Part shown: positions 1 through 12,731 of the stretch, one piece after another
Layout: every line of letters begins with the position of its first letter
Position numbering within the stretch: the stretch's first letter is position 1
Assembly (NCBI GenBank): GCA_965112155.1
Contig: OZ218098.1
Source: Podarcis liolepis
Lineage: Eukaryota
Reading direction: 5' to 3' (one strand)
Length of the DNA: 64,000 nucleotides
Notes under the pieces: generated by a model
What the model saw: the letters and a program-made list of their open reading frames with translations, nothing else
The model's database searches: none
What the model was told of the DNA's origin: nothing
Translations under genes and position numbers: made by a program

Positions 1-330
1 CTTTGAACTCCTAGAGGTAGCTTTCATCTTTATATGTGGTTGTAAAGTGCCATAGATATCCATTGAGCTACAATAAAACTGGCAATGAATAAGAAATTAG
101 ATGCTGAGCCTCTCAGAAGAGAACTGTATCTTTTTGTACTCTGTAATAATTTTTATCCACCTGTAACCCTTAATAAGGCAATCAGCAGTTCTTAAATAAT
201 AGAAATACTATAGAATGGGCAGTTGTTTCTACAGGAAAAACTTTGCCCTTTCCTGTGGTGAGGCAGAATATCTTTATACTTCAGGGCTAAAAGTTGACTA
301 GGAACACATGAGCTACAGATTTAGTCAATA

Positions 331-563
331 CAGTGATACCTCGGGTTACAGACATTCAGGTTAAAGACGCTTCAGGTTACAGACTCCACTAACCCAGAAA
401 TAGTACCTCGGGTTAAGAACTTTGCTTCAGGATGAGAACAGAAATCGTGCTCTGGCGGGGCGGCGGCAGCAGGAGGCCCCATTAGCTAAAGTGGTACCTC
501 AGGTTAAGAACAGTTTCAGGTTAAGAACGGACCTCCGGAATGAATTAAGTTCTTAACCCGAGG
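331..563. mobile_element. Tc1/mariner-type (Tigger-like) MITE, right TIR truncated
   Basis: TA then CAGTGATACCTCGGGTTA at the left end; ...TAACCCGAGG at the right end; a reverse-oriented copy of the same family lies at 23301-23509. Confidence 0.8.
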
Positions 564-880
564 CTAGACAACACCACCTCAGATTACATATGCAGGATCA
601 GCTATGTAATGGTCCCCATAGGAAAACTTCCTCCATATAAAAAATTACAAGGTCAGGATTCTACTTTGTGACTTTATATCTCAATAGAATGTGGAAGTCC
701 AGAATATAAGAATTTGAACACACTGCTTCTGCTACGAATTAGTGAACATTTGCATTGGGTAACATACATTAAATTTTGTAATATCAAATTTGTGGTAAAA
801 CAACAAAACCCAAACCAAAAACTGATGACAGCACATACACCCTGTCTCCTAGTAGTATTAGTCAGAACTCTGTGGTATAA

Positions 881-1072
881 GGAACATAGGAAGTTGAATG
901 TTACTGGGTGAAACTATATTGTCCATCTACCCCTGTACTGATTATTATGCTGACTAGCAGTGGCTCTTCAGGGTGTCAGGCACAGCGTCCTTCTCATCAT
1001 CTGCTACCTGATTCTGTTTGTTCAAACCCAGGCCCTTCTGCAGGCAAGGCATGTGCTCTGCCACTAAACTAG
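881..1072 (-). mobile_element. Squam3-type tRNA-derived SINE (degenerate)
   Basis: Reverse complement shows a tRNA-like head (tagtttagtggcagagcacatgccttgcctgcagaagg...gggtttgaa) and the cttcctatgttcc tail seen in other copies in this window. Confidence 0.7.
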
Positions 1073-1804
1073 GGTCCCTGCACATTTTGTAGGTCAAATT
1101 CCACAAAGTTAAGCAGCAGTCAAGCAAATCTACTGCATGAGGGAGAACTAGTGAAATACAACCAGAACTGCTGCAAACTGCTTGAATCCCCAACTTCCAC
1201 AAGCAATCAAAAAATAATTCCATTTTCTACTTCATGAAAAGCCTCCAAGAGGTCAAGGGAAATTAAGTCACGCTCCTCTCTGCCCAGGTAATAAATGGAT
1301 CCTCTTCCTTAAACACAGGCCTGAGGTGCAACGGAAAGGAATTCAGAAAATCAGTAGACAGGGACTTGGTTGTTATATGGTGGTTCTGTTCTTACATCCT
1401 GATTTAATTGTTAATGTTTTCTTTTTCTGTTTAGTAAACTCCTGTGACCTATTGCTATGAATGTTGTGTCCTATGCTGTGACTTACAGCTGAATTCTGTA
1501 TGTATTTCTTAAAAAACTGCACAACACTACAACGTTTACACAACAGTAAGTCCAGTTGAGGTTAGTGGGGTTTAGTCCCAGATAAGAGGCTACAGGATTT
1601 TAGCCTGACCTGATACACGTCTACTATTTTATTTTTAAAGAAAAGGTAGCCTGGAGGACATTGGGGTTAAATTTCCAGCAAGCAGGCACAGGATTGGAGA
1701 CTAACAGTGCAATTATATACACGCCTAGTTTAAAGTAAGTACCACAGAGGTAAATGTGGCTTACGTCTAGGTACGGGGGCAACAGCAATCCTATACTTTC
1801 TATG

Positions 1805-1893
1805 GCTGGTATCCTATACCCACTTTCTTGGGAGGAAGCTCTGTTGACTTCAAGGAGAATAAGGTCTGAATACACATATGTAGGATTGCACTG
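1805..1893. repeat. Short palindromic MITE-like squamate repeat (related copies at ~11397-11475 and ~42466-42550)
   Basis: ggctggtatcctataccc...taggattgcactg with inverted ends; the same architecture recurs in the window. Confidence 0.55.
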
Positions 1894-2346
1894 TTAAACT
1901 TATGAATAGAATGAACTGTAAATCCCAGCATAAGGCACAGCCATAGGTCTCAACAATTTACCAAGCAGAAAACAAAAACCTTACTACGTTAATTAATTGA
2001 CTACATTATTGGAATGCACTCTGTGTCAGGTTTCCCATTAATATGATCCAGACACTGCCTCTGGTGCAAAATACCACTGACCAGTTGGTATCTGGTGCAG
2101 CAAGTATGGGGGTGGGGGGTCATATTGCTCTGATCTTCCAAACTTTGCACTGCCTCCTTGTGAGCTGCTAGACTGGTTCAAGGAGTTTGTATTCATATAC
2201 AAAGCTTTGAATGACCTGGGGCTCAACTACCTAAAGGAAAGCCTTCTCCTGTTTTGTCCCATACGATCATTAACATCAGCAGGAGATGCCTGCTTATTGT
2301 CCCACCACTGGCTATTGCTAGCTGGTCAGTGCTCCATGACACAAGG

Positions 2347-2482
2347 CACGCATCCCCAAACTCAGCCCTCCAGATGTTTTGGGGCTACAACTCCCATCAT
2401 CCCTAGCTAACAGGACCAGTAGTCAGGGATGATGAGAACTGTAGTCCCAAAACATCTGGAGGGCCAAGTTTGGGGGTGCCTG
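2347..2482. mobile_element. ~136-bp palindromic hAT MITE
   Basis: Long inverted arms; 8-bp TSD ACACAAGG/GCACAAGG (7/8); the family has many copies in the window. Confidence 0.85.
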
Positions 2483-2594
2483 GCACAAGGCATTCCCAAA
2501 AGCAGAACCTAGAACCTAATGGAACTGTGAGATTATGGCTCTCTCCCCTGATTTCTGCTTGATAGTCCCCCATACGGGATATTTTTAGACATTA

Positions 2595-2636
2595 TGTGTG
2601 TGTGTGTGTGTACACACACACACACACACACACACA
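2595..2636. repeat. Compound microsatellite (TG)8 TA (CA)12
   Basis: Read directly from sequence. Confidence 0.95.
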
Positions 2637-2957
2637 CCACCAGGCCTCTGGAGTATAACAAATTTTCCACTGACTGTGCTGCTTTGTTTTATCCAGTTTT
2701 AGTATGGTTGGTTTGTATGTTTTTTGCTAAGTTTTGTTTGTTGTTACTGAAACCTGTATTGTTAGCCACCTTGGGTTCCAATTAGGATGAAGGGTGAAGT
2801 ATACATCTATAGAAATAAATATATCTGTTTTTTTCTTATAATCATACATTCTTGACAATCACCACAAACATTTCACAGTGACTAAAAAGCATCCAAGAGA
2901 ATGCTGGTTTGAACTCTGCTAACCTTATTTCACCTTAAGTCCTGAAACTGAATAGAG

Positions 2958-2959
<2 letters not shown>

Positions 2960-2995
<36 letters not shown>
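2960..2995. repeat. (CA)18 microsatellite
   Basis: Read directly from sequence. Confidence 0.95.
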
Positions 2996-2996
<1 letters not shown>

Positions 2997-3740
2997 CCTG
3001 CAGCATGATTTCTGCTGCTTTCTCTTTATGAAAAGAGCCTGTTTTACAAAGCGTATGAATCACAGGAGAATACTTCTAAAGTTGCTCATCCTTTCTAACG
3101 GAATAAGTCCAAGGCTTTGATCACTAATAACCTATGAGCATTATAAATTCCAAATGTCTCATTAAATGTCAAGGGCTTTTTATACACATTTATCATAGAA
3201 TACTATATGCTACAATGTACAACTGCAGATTGTGCCAGCCTTCCTGGAAATAAAGATTTCAATGTTTGTGAATTTAATTAAGTCTTCTGCAACTGCATTT
3301 CAGAATCTAATGTATGTGTCTCCCCTGAAAAACAAATTAGTAGTATTTTGTACCAGTTATGCTTTCATCTACAGCAGCCAAGAAAATTGTACTACCTTGC
3401 CATTTGGTTTTCTTCCATTACTATGGATAGTTTTCTTGCATTATTCAGGCTGGGTCTTGCAAATCGTACAACATGCATAAATATATCTAAGGTTATTTGG
3501 CTATTGGCCTAACATTAACTTTGTTCTGAACACATATTGCAATCTTCATATGAGTTACACAGGAAGTAAGTCCCATTCATTCCAGTGGAAATACTCAACT
3601 TTTATTTTAAAAAACCCGGAGAATTTACACTGACCACCAGATGTCACCCATCTTCCATTGCTTGGCTCTATGCATTTGTCTTTAAAAATACCCCAAATGT
3701 TGACTCCCAACAAATTATTTTGCCATTCATAAGCAAATGG

Positions 3741-3940
3741 GGAAGGGGCCATGGCTCAGTGGCAGAGCATGGGCTTTGCATGCAAAAATGGTCTGAGGTT
3801 CAAGCCACAGCATCACAAGGTAGGACTAGGGAAGACTCTGGCCTCAAACCCAGGAGACCTGAGGCCGCCAATCTATATTAGCAATACTGAGCTAGACAGC
3901 CTGATAGTCTTATCTCAGGACAAGGCGATTTCCTGTACCA
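3741..3940 (+). mobile_element. Squam3-type SINE
   Basis: Head ggaaggggccatggctcagtggcagagcat (box A-like), ggttcaag (box B-like), body caatactgagctaga, degenerate tail. Confidence 0.8.
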
Positions 3941-6900
3941 AGTAACTTAGTACCAAGTAACTTTGATTGCAGCAATTCCTTTATCTTTTATGTAAGGTTG
4001 TGTGCTATGGGCATTTAATTTGGGCAAAATATGGTGCTTGGGTAAATAAAGATGAAATGTAATAAGAAAGGATAAATGAAAGTAAAAGACGAGAGAAAAT
4101 AAAAGCACATGTGGTGATATGTTAAAAGCCCAGCAATTAGCATGCTCTGATGGTAAATTAAAATGTCACCTGCTCTAGTCTTCCGTCAGAACTAAGTTAA
4201 ACATACCCTCTAATTTCAGTGATCCCCATTAAATAAGGCCGAAGATAGAATCTTGAGAAGATTTTCTTTTTTTGCTGTGAAATCACTAGCAGTTTCACTT
4301 ACAGGCCCCTGTCTGTAAAGGTCTGATCAAGCTTACATGCTCTGATCATACTCTACAGTATCAATATATAGGTCTAGGTAACAGTGTCTTACAGTTAGTG
4401 ACAGGCCTATAACATCTTTAACATTGAAATTTATGTCTTGGAGTATCACCATATAGTATTCATAGAGGAATGTGGCAAATCTATAACGGAAATATGATGA
4501 AACACACATCTTACATTTTAATCGTTGGGCAATCGATACAGAAAGATATTATTTTGAAATCTCAGGCTGCCAGATAGTAAGAGTGATGTCTCATTTATAC
4601 CCTAGCCACCCTTTTCGTCTAAGCCATTGATCGTTTTAAACTGTCTTTTATCAGACAAGCCCAATGCAGAGTTAGATTCATTGATTTCAGAGGGCTCCTG
4701 TGCACCTAACTGCACAAATATGACTGCAAGAACTATTAACAGCTGGCAAACACTCTAACAGAAAAGGTTATAAATTCCATCGGGAGAAGATAATATTCAT
4801 ATATGTTAATAGGACTCTTCCATATAAATGACACTGATCTTATCCTTGCTTGATCTGCTTTCTTGATGGCTGACCACTTTGACAAAATGGAGACTATTTT
4901 AATTGATGGCTTAAAGAACAGTATATATAGCCAACATTAGTCATACTGGGAGTAGACTCACTTAAATCAGTTTGTCTACTCTGAATATGACTAATGTTGG
5001 CTGTTAATAACTTTTAAAGTATATATCACAAGGTGCAACCCTGACACAAAGCTGACATTGACACCCCAAAAATAGGACCTAGCAACTGATGTGTGGGGTG
5101 CTAGAGATGCCAAGAAGCTTGTTTTCTCCTCTTTCCACATCATTAAGACCTCGCTTCTCTTTCTCTCCATTGTCCTTATTTTCTTCTGCAGCAGGAATGG
5201 GCAACATGGTGCCCTCTAGATGTTGGTGGGCTACAGCTGTCATGATTCACAGCCAGCAAGACCAATGATCAGAAATTTATGGTAGTTGTAGTCTGACAAC
5301 ATCTGAAGGGTTACTCTGCTGTAAGAGTCAAACTAGGTGTGACATTTGTCATGTAGTTTGGCTTGGCATGACTGATTGAGCCGTATCTGGACCAAGACAT
5401 GGTGTGAAGGGGTCTTCACACCATGAAGCCCCTGCCATGATGCCCCTGCCACATCCTGATTCACTTTGTCTCTGCCCCTCCCACCAACCTCAGTCTGATT
5501 TCAGGCAGCCTCCACCTGCTTGCTCTAGTTGCCACCTTCCTCTTCCTTAGTCAATCCAGAGCTCAGCAGGGAAGGGGAAGGGGAGGGGCAAAACTAGAAT
5601 TGGTGGGTGTTGCCTGTCATTAGCTCTGGCTCCACCTGCTGCTGGTCTCCTTGCAATGGAACCAGCCACCATTGCCGCCACCATGTCCAAGTGAACGGCA
5701 GTGACACCAGTGACAGGAGGATGGGGTCTGCATCGCAGGGAATTGGGCCAGATGATCATCAGGGTCCCTTCCAACCACTGATTCTAATTGGTCAGGATTC
5801 CCCCTTGCACTACACATGGGAGGGTCTATATCTGTGTCACCTCACTTGTGAACAATGCTTGCAATGCATGACCATGCGAAACACCCCCAGGCATTCTTCA
5901 AAAAAGTTTTGGGGGTGGCCATTTGTACCACAGTTATTCAGTACATGATGGCTGGCAGCTGATTGTGTCAACTGACTGAATTGGAAAGCATTGCATTTAG
6001 GGGTTGGTATTTGCTTGTTGAAGTGGTATGGAAATGTGATATTTGAGCCGGTCGCTCATCCACCACGTGTTAACAGCTGTCAGGCGTGTGAGCCTTTAAT
6101 GCGTGGGGAGCTGCAATACAGGGTCGTCGCTGGTTCTAAATCAGGCTCTCACCAAACTTCCCACTTCTCGTTCTGTAATGGGTATTTACTCAGAAAGCTC
6201 CTATCTGTCGTTGTGGTTATGTGTTTTCCACTGCCGTGCATTGTGCACGTAATCTTCGTGCATGCATCATTTGAAGTTTATGCCTTGGTACCTATTAAGG
6301 TACGAAACCCTGCACTGCAGAGCAGTCCATTGGGTTGCCTCTAGCCGCTTTGGGGCCGTGGCCAGCAGACGGGAAATCTATGAATGTCTGTGCTTTAAAA
6401 AAAAAAGGAGGGGAGCGAGAGCGGGAAGTTTTAGGTTTATCTAACCGTATTATGTGTCAGTGATGCCCGGCCGTCTCGTCGGCTAGGCGGGGACTTTTGC
6501 AACCGTAAACGGAGATGGTTTTGTGGGGAGGTTTTCCTGGGCAACGGGACCCGGGAAGCTGCAGATGCTTCCTGCTCATGCAGTGTTGTTTTACACACAG
6601 AGATAAAGGATTTAACCCCTTCCTGCTGAGGACTTTCTGGAGCAATGTGGGACGTGCTGCCGCTCGGCGTATTAAAACGACAACAACGCGGCAGCCAAAC
6701 GCTCACACGGTGTCATGCGCCTCAGTAGAGGCCTGCCAAGAGCCTCTTTCTCTCCCGTGTCCTCATTTGCTGCGGTCTTTCTCCCAGGCCGGTGGATACG
6801 AGTGTGGCACTTTGGAGACGCTCCCTTTCTTTCGCGGCAGGCGGCTCTCTCTCTCCCCCCCCCCCCGCCCCTTGTTGTTTTCGTTTCCGCGCGCTCGCCG

Positions 6901-6959
6901 CCAGGGTGGGCACTTTGCAGACGCTCCCTGGCTCTCCGGCGAGGCGAGGCTGCTATACA

Positions 6960-7264
6960 CGCTCCCGGCCGGGCGGGAGGCTCGTAGACGCTCCCTGCTC
7001 GGCCCGGGCTCCTTGACCCTGCCGCAGGAGCCGGCGCACAAGGAGCCGCCGAGCACGGGCCGCTCCGCGCGGGGTTCGGGCGCTGCAGTAGCCAGCCTGG
7101 CCCTTGGAAGAAGCCGAGCGCCGAGCGCCGCCGCCTCCGACGCCACTACTGCGTTGCTCCAGGTCCGGCCTCCCCGCCAATCCGGCGGGGGGGCCAAGCC
7201 CCGGCCGCGCTTGGGAGAGTAGGATGGGCGAGGAGGGCGGCGGGGCGACTCGCCGGCGAAGCTG
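6960..7264 (+). other. MGAT5: Probable leader (first) exon of MGAT5; 5' boundary/TSS approximate
   Basis: Strong donor CTG|GTAAGC (GT at 7265-7266) in the core of the CpG island. The internal acceptor at 54284 requires an upstream exon. The pairing is inferred, not observed. Confidence 0.6.
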
Positions 7265-8112
7265 GTAAGCGGCGGGGTTGCGGGGCTTGTCTCTCTCTGT
7301 CTCTCTCTCTCTGCTCCACTCTGCTCTGCCCCCGTGTAACCCGAGAGCAGCACCGGGAAGCTCGCTTGGAAACGCGGCTTCTCGCAGCGCCGCTAGGGCC
7401 CGGCGGGGTGTGCAACGGCGTTGCCGGGCGCCGGGGAAGGACTACGGGGGGCGGGGGGGGGAGCGGAGTGCCGTGGCTCCGTCTCCCCTCCCTCCTTATT
7501 CCGCCGTAGTTAAACGTGCTGCTCCTCTCCTCTCTCCCGCCCCCACCTCTCTCTGTGTGGTCAGGATGGAAGCAGTTCGCCTTTCCTCGCCCGCATTTAC
7601 GCGGAGGGGGGTGGAGAGCGGTGGAAGAAAGAGCGTACTATTCCCCCTCGTGTGCCGGAGCAGAGGCGGGCAGAGGAGTAGGTCTGCTCCTTTGCTTGCC
7701 TGCCTGCGCCTATAGGGTGGAGAGCGCGGTTAAAATGCTGCTTCGCCCTCGCTTGCCTTCTGGAGGCAGAGCAGCTTTGCCAGGGCGCTCCTCTCTCGAC
7801 GGAGGAATGGATGAGGGACTAGGTGGCTTCTGTTTCCTGCTCTCCAGCGCGTCCCGCGTGGTGGCCGCGTCCGGTGCACAGTCACTTCCCTGCTCGGGTA
7901 TCTCCCTCTCCCTCCCTGTCAGTGTGGACGACGAGGGTGTGTTATCCGGTCCCTTTTCTCTCCTCGGCTTTTGTCAGGCGGGTAAGACCAACGGGGGGGG
8001 GGGTTCCTATCATTAGGACAGTAATTGCTTCTCCCGGTTCTTCCTGGCCACGAGATATGGGGAACAGGTTGCCACACCTGCGTCTACTTTCCAGGTTGGC
8101 TGGGTGGAGAAA

Positions 8113-8250
8113 TAGGAACCTGGGAAGCTGCCTTACGCGGGAGTCAGGCCATTGGGCCAGGTCGGTCCCCATTGACGTGCAGCGCCTCTCCCTGCTTGGG
8201 GATGCCGGGGATCGAACCTGGGACATTCTGTACGCAAAGCAGATGCTCCA
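8113..8250 (-). mobile_element. Squam3-type SINE (internally deleted) inside the CpG island
   Basis: ggaagctgcctta tail and ggggatcgaacctgggacattctgtacgcaaagcagatgctc head, both in reverse complement. Confidence 0.7.
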
Positions 8251-10212
8251 GCCCTTTTCGTCTGCCTCCTACTAAGGGGCCTTTTCCCTTGGTGTGACGG
8301 TTTTTGGGGCGGGTGGGGGGGCGGCAGGCTCGAGTTTCGCTCCCCTGCCTTGTGCGTCCCCCTGAGCAGTCTGCCACCTTGCTATCTTTTCTTGAGGGGA
8401 ATATAGTAAACATTATTACTGGGATATATCAAAGTGTTTCGGTGGGATGAGGGAGCCCCCTTGCCTCTCTTCCTGGCTTTTTCAGGCTCTGGTTCCTAAC
8501 GTGCACTGCTGTTTGCTTCCAGCCTTTGTCTTTGTGGACAGCTATTATTGGTCTTCCATGAAAGAAAAGTCTTTTTTCTCCTGTTCTCTTCCCTCCCCCC
8601 ACCTCCCAGTGCCAACAAGCTGGTGGTGATGTTCCCGGCCCAATTTCCGAGGGAGGGATGCAGCTTTTGCCAGTAAAGATACTCCGCCAAGTATCTTCAT
8701 GGCCCTGAGGGATGGCTGCAATGCCTTTATTTTCTGTGTCACCCAGCAGAAGGAACACTTGTTGGCCTTCTTTTACCCACCCTGCCTTCCCTTTGGGCTG
8801 GATTATGTGATGCTTCCCTGAGATTGTAGCGAGAGATTGGAGGTGTGTGTGTGTGTTGCAGGGGACTATCATTCATCTGCTGCATTTATACCCAGCCTTA
8901 ACGTCAAAGCATTTGCATTGGAGGTATGTGCAGGAACAAAGGGGCCTGGTGCGTGTGTCCCCTAAGGTGTGCACTTCAAGCTTTTCTTTGCTCTTCAGGA
9001 AGAGCATTTCTTTGCGCTTCTGGAAGAGACTCAGGGTGGATTCAGAAATTCAGCAGCTCAGCCAGAGTTTGAATTTCCCTAAAGCTATTGTCTCCCAACA
9101 CACAAACACACAAATATGTGGCTAGGAAGTCCATAGGGAACCTGAGGTCACTGAAAGCCACCTACAGCTGTTGTCTGGTGGTTGTAATAGCTCTCTTTGT
9201 GCTATTGGAAATGACATGTGTCTGTATGTATGGCTAGGGGGTGGGAATTGGCCACACCAGCAAACTTGGCATGTCAACATTACATTGACATTTTATACTG
9301 AATTTTTATACTGCCCTTCATCCAATCATAGGGTGGTTTACAGTATAAAAACACAAAAATATATAGCATAGTAACAAACAAAAACAATAAGCTTCTCACC
9401 CCGCACATAGTTTAAAAGGTCATATATTGTTGTTATTATTTATTAAATTTCTATTCCCTCTGTTGCTGGGTAGTAATGCCACAGTGGCACCATACCTAAA
9501 GCTACTTCAGAATGTAGCACACTTCATGCTAAATATGGCAAAGCCAGAATGTTAAATCTGGGCATTAAAATTCCCAAGTCCAGTGTAGCATGCTGTCACT
9601 TTTTTTGCTAATATAAATGATAATTTTATACAGAATGGAAAAGAGCAGTGAGATGGGTTCATTCCACAGTGGAATTCAAATATAGCACAGCATGAAATGA
9701 CAGTAAACAATGCAGGGAGAGCAAGCATACTCTCGATAAAAGATAATGAGGTATACTTGTGTTTTCTTAGGCAAGGATGCCCAAAAGGTTTATTATGCTC
9801 TGTGAGAGGAACATTGCACAGAACACAATGAATGGGAACACTGGCTTTTAGTGTTGAAGTAGAAAATAACTTTGTGGTATTGACTGACTTCTGTATTTAG
9901 CCTCAAGTTTGCTTAAACTTATCCACTGCAAATCAGAGGTATATAAGCATCCCAAAATGTGAAGTTGGTAGAGTGCTCCAAAATGTTTGTACTTTTGAAA
10001 GGATGGTTCATTTTGGCATGCTGTGATTATGCTTTAATGGTGAGGACTCTTTGAATTGTGTGCCGTAACTTAAACAGTAGCTTATTGGTCTGATTCTGTA
10101 TTCCTTGTATATGCAAATTTCTCACAAAGGTCCACAGGTGTTCTGATTGCTCATGGAAGGCTGTATCAGGACTTATATGTTTTTTAGTGGGGAGAGCGGT
10201 AGAGATTAAAAA

Positions 10213-10937
10213 TTCATAGAATTGTAGAGTTGGAAAGGAATCCAAGAGTGATTTAGTCCAACCCCCTCTCAACTAGATCATACATGACAGATTGCCATCT
10301 AACCTCTACCTAAAAACCACCAAGGAAGGAGAGTCCACAACCTCCCAAGGAAGTCCGTTTCACTGTTGAGCAGCTCTTACTGCCAGAAAGTTAATTGTCT
10401 TGTTTAGTTGGAATCTCCTTTCTTGTAACTTGAACCCATTGGTTTGAGTCCTACCCTCCAGAGCAGGAGAAAACAAGCTTGTTCAATCTTCCATTTGACA
10501 GTCCTTAAGATATTTGAAGATGGCTATCATATCTCTTCCTAGTCTTCTTTTTACCAGGCTAAACATACCCAGTTCCCTCAACCATTCCTCCTAAGGCTTG
10601 GTTTCCAGACCCTTTATAATCTTGGTCAGCCTCATCTACACACATTCCAGCTTGTCAATTTCCTCCTTAAATTGTGATGCCCATAACTGGACACAATAAC
10701 TCCCAAGGCACAATAGAGTAAGAGTATTACTTCCCTTGATTGGGATACTAAATGCAGCTTAAAATAGCATTAGCTTTTTTTGCTGCTGCTTCGCACTGTT
10801 AAAGCATGTTAAGCTCGTGGTTTTCTAGGATCCTTATATCCTTTTCACATGGCAATTCAGGTGTTCCCCATCTTGTATTTGTGCAACTGGTTCATGTCTA
10901 AGTGTAGAACCTTACATTTTTCCCTATTGAAATTCAT
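10213..10937 (-). mobile_element. CR1 LINE 3' fragment (~720 bp)
   Basis: Begins tcatagaattgtagagttggaa (reverse complement of the CR1 ATTCTATG tail), followed by antisense degenerate CR1 ORF2 C-terminal sequence. Confidence 0.88.
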
Positions 10938-12644
10938 CAAAAATTATTTAATGGCTTAAATCCTCCATTAATATATTTCCTAAACCTTGCACATTGAGGC
11001 ACAGTAATATAGTTTGTATAGTTAATAAAAGTGAAGCGTAATTTATTCATCTGTTAGAAAATAGGGTTTAAGTAATAATAATGATACAATACAAATTTAT
11101 AGATGTTTTCATCTTAAAACAAACCTTATTGGAAGTAGAAAAATTTATTAATTAGTTACCCATTCAGTGTGTCTAGTGTATCAGACTTTCTGCACATTAT
11201 AGATAAATGTCTTATTGTGCTGCACTGCTTGAGTTCAAAAGTACTGTGGTCTGAACCCCTCAAATCTCCCCACAGTCTCTTGGACTTCCCCATAAGTGTT
11301 CAGTCATGCTATCTTCAGAGTAGAGCTGGGGGGGGGAATCAGATGTCTGGTTGCTGAAGGATACAAAATAATAAATAAAAATGAGGCTGTGCCTAAGGCT
11401 GCACTCCTGTATCCTCTTACCTGGAGTAAGCTTAGCTGAACTCAGTGAGTTGACATGGATAGGATTGAGACAGCTATAATCTTTCTTGCACGTCTTGTCT
11501 CCTCAGAATCATTTTTCCCCATCCTAGATCCTAAAAGTCTGTCAGCTTGAATGCATGTAAATATCATAGCTCTCTGTGCTGATAAAACCAAAATTCTACA
11601 TGTTAGATGAATTATTGCTGCTTGTACATGTTCATCTTCTGTTGTTTTCTTGAACAGAGGTGGGATGCCAAGGGACTGTGTTGGCAGATGTGATGGCATG
11701 AGAAATGTGATTTGTCTACACGGTGACCTAATAATTCCCACAGCTGTATTTATTTATTTTTGTCTTTTGAGGAAAGAGAGAGAGAAAATATGACCCAACA
11801 CCCTTTGGAGTTGATGGGGAAACTCCAGTTGATCATAATTAAATTTAGTTACGAAAATGTTAACATGATCTGTTTTGTTCCTTAGGTCTACATGTAGCAA
11901 CAGTCTCATATTGGATATGCTTGCCTAATATATTTGGCTGAGGTACTAATGGTGTGGTAGAATGCTGATATTCTGATTCTCCAAAGTGAGACAAATCTGT
12001 TCAGTACAGACAGCATACAGTAATGCATACATGGCATTAGTGTAAGGAAGGTGAAAGCCTATGGATTCTTCAAAAATCTTCCTGGTGCTGCTGTGAGATG
12101 CAACCATAACAACTGCCTTGATGGAGCCGAACAGGGCTAACTAACACAACTTCCTGCTTTTAACAGAGCTTGACTAGATATCAGTGGGTTCTTGATTAGA
12201 TATCAGTGTGGGATGAATGCAGCGGCTATCTCTTGTTTGTCTTCAGTTTCTGGTATGCTGCCCTTCTGCATAGGAAAGCCCTGTTGCCGTAGCTTGACTA
12301 ACAGTCATTGGTAAACTCCTCCATGTCTATCATTTGTGTGAAAACAGTAGTAAATTTCCAAGTGAGGGTTTTTTTTAAAAATAAAAAAACCCAACTGTTA
12401 AGTTCCTTTTCCATCATCCTTGATATTTGATTGATAATGAAGACAGCCATTAAGGCGCATCTCAGCTTGTCAGGCAGAATAAGCCCTCCCTCCTCTCCCT
12501 GTGTACTGTTCTACTGGGAGTTGTTCAGACTTCCCTGAACCAAATTCAGGGAGTGCATGGGGGCGAGAGATTGGAGAAAACCCCATTTTGCAGAAAGAAG
12601 TCCTTTCACAGGGCTTCCCCTAAGTCTCCAAGAAAACTGTTGTT

Positions 12645-12731
12645 TTGGAGAGTTGAGATCCCTGCATTTCAGGGAGTTGGACTAGGGTTACCCTTTGGGG
12701 CCCTTCCAACCAGTGTTCGAAACTCCTATTG
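12645..12731 (+). mobile_element. CR1 3' tail fragment
   Basis: gttgagatccctgcatt...ggactag...cccttccaac...ttcta, matching the other CR1 tails here. Confidence 0.65.

Larger units (their letters stand above)
2130..2820 (+). mobile_element. Old L2-type LINE 3' fragment interrupted by a hAT MITE and a microsatellite
   Basis: Degenerate ORF2 C-terminal motif (ttcaag...tacaaagctttg...ctggggctcaactaccta, YKAL..LG..YL) and a 3' tail ending gatgaagggtgaagtata...aataaat. Confidence 0.55.
6340..8360. promoter_or_regulatory. CpG island / probable MGAT5 promoter
   Basis: Abrupt rise in GC and CpG density against an AT-rich, CpG-depleted background. GC boxes (e.g. cccccgcccc ~6862-6871), a CCAAT near 7177 and G-runs. 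It is the only large CpG island in the window and lies upstream of the MGAT5 coding exon. Confidence 0.9.

Noticed and set aside
6807-6916. Two GCACTTT miR-17-family seed matches
   Set aside because: They lie in the promoter, probably upstream of the TSS and not in a 3'UTR; treated as part of the repeated DNA motif instead.
6437-8413. Many long overlapping ORFs (up to 235 aa) on both strands
   Set aside because: Expected in GC-rich CpG-island DNA, which is poor in stop codons; low-complexity Arg/Pro/Gly/Ala translations with no recognisable domain.
11886-11942. Possible 57-nt cassette UTR exon (tgttttgttccttag|...gag|gtacta)
   Set aside because: The acceptor is reasonable but the donor is weak; such pseudo-exons are common in a 47-kb intron and cannot be supported without RNA data.
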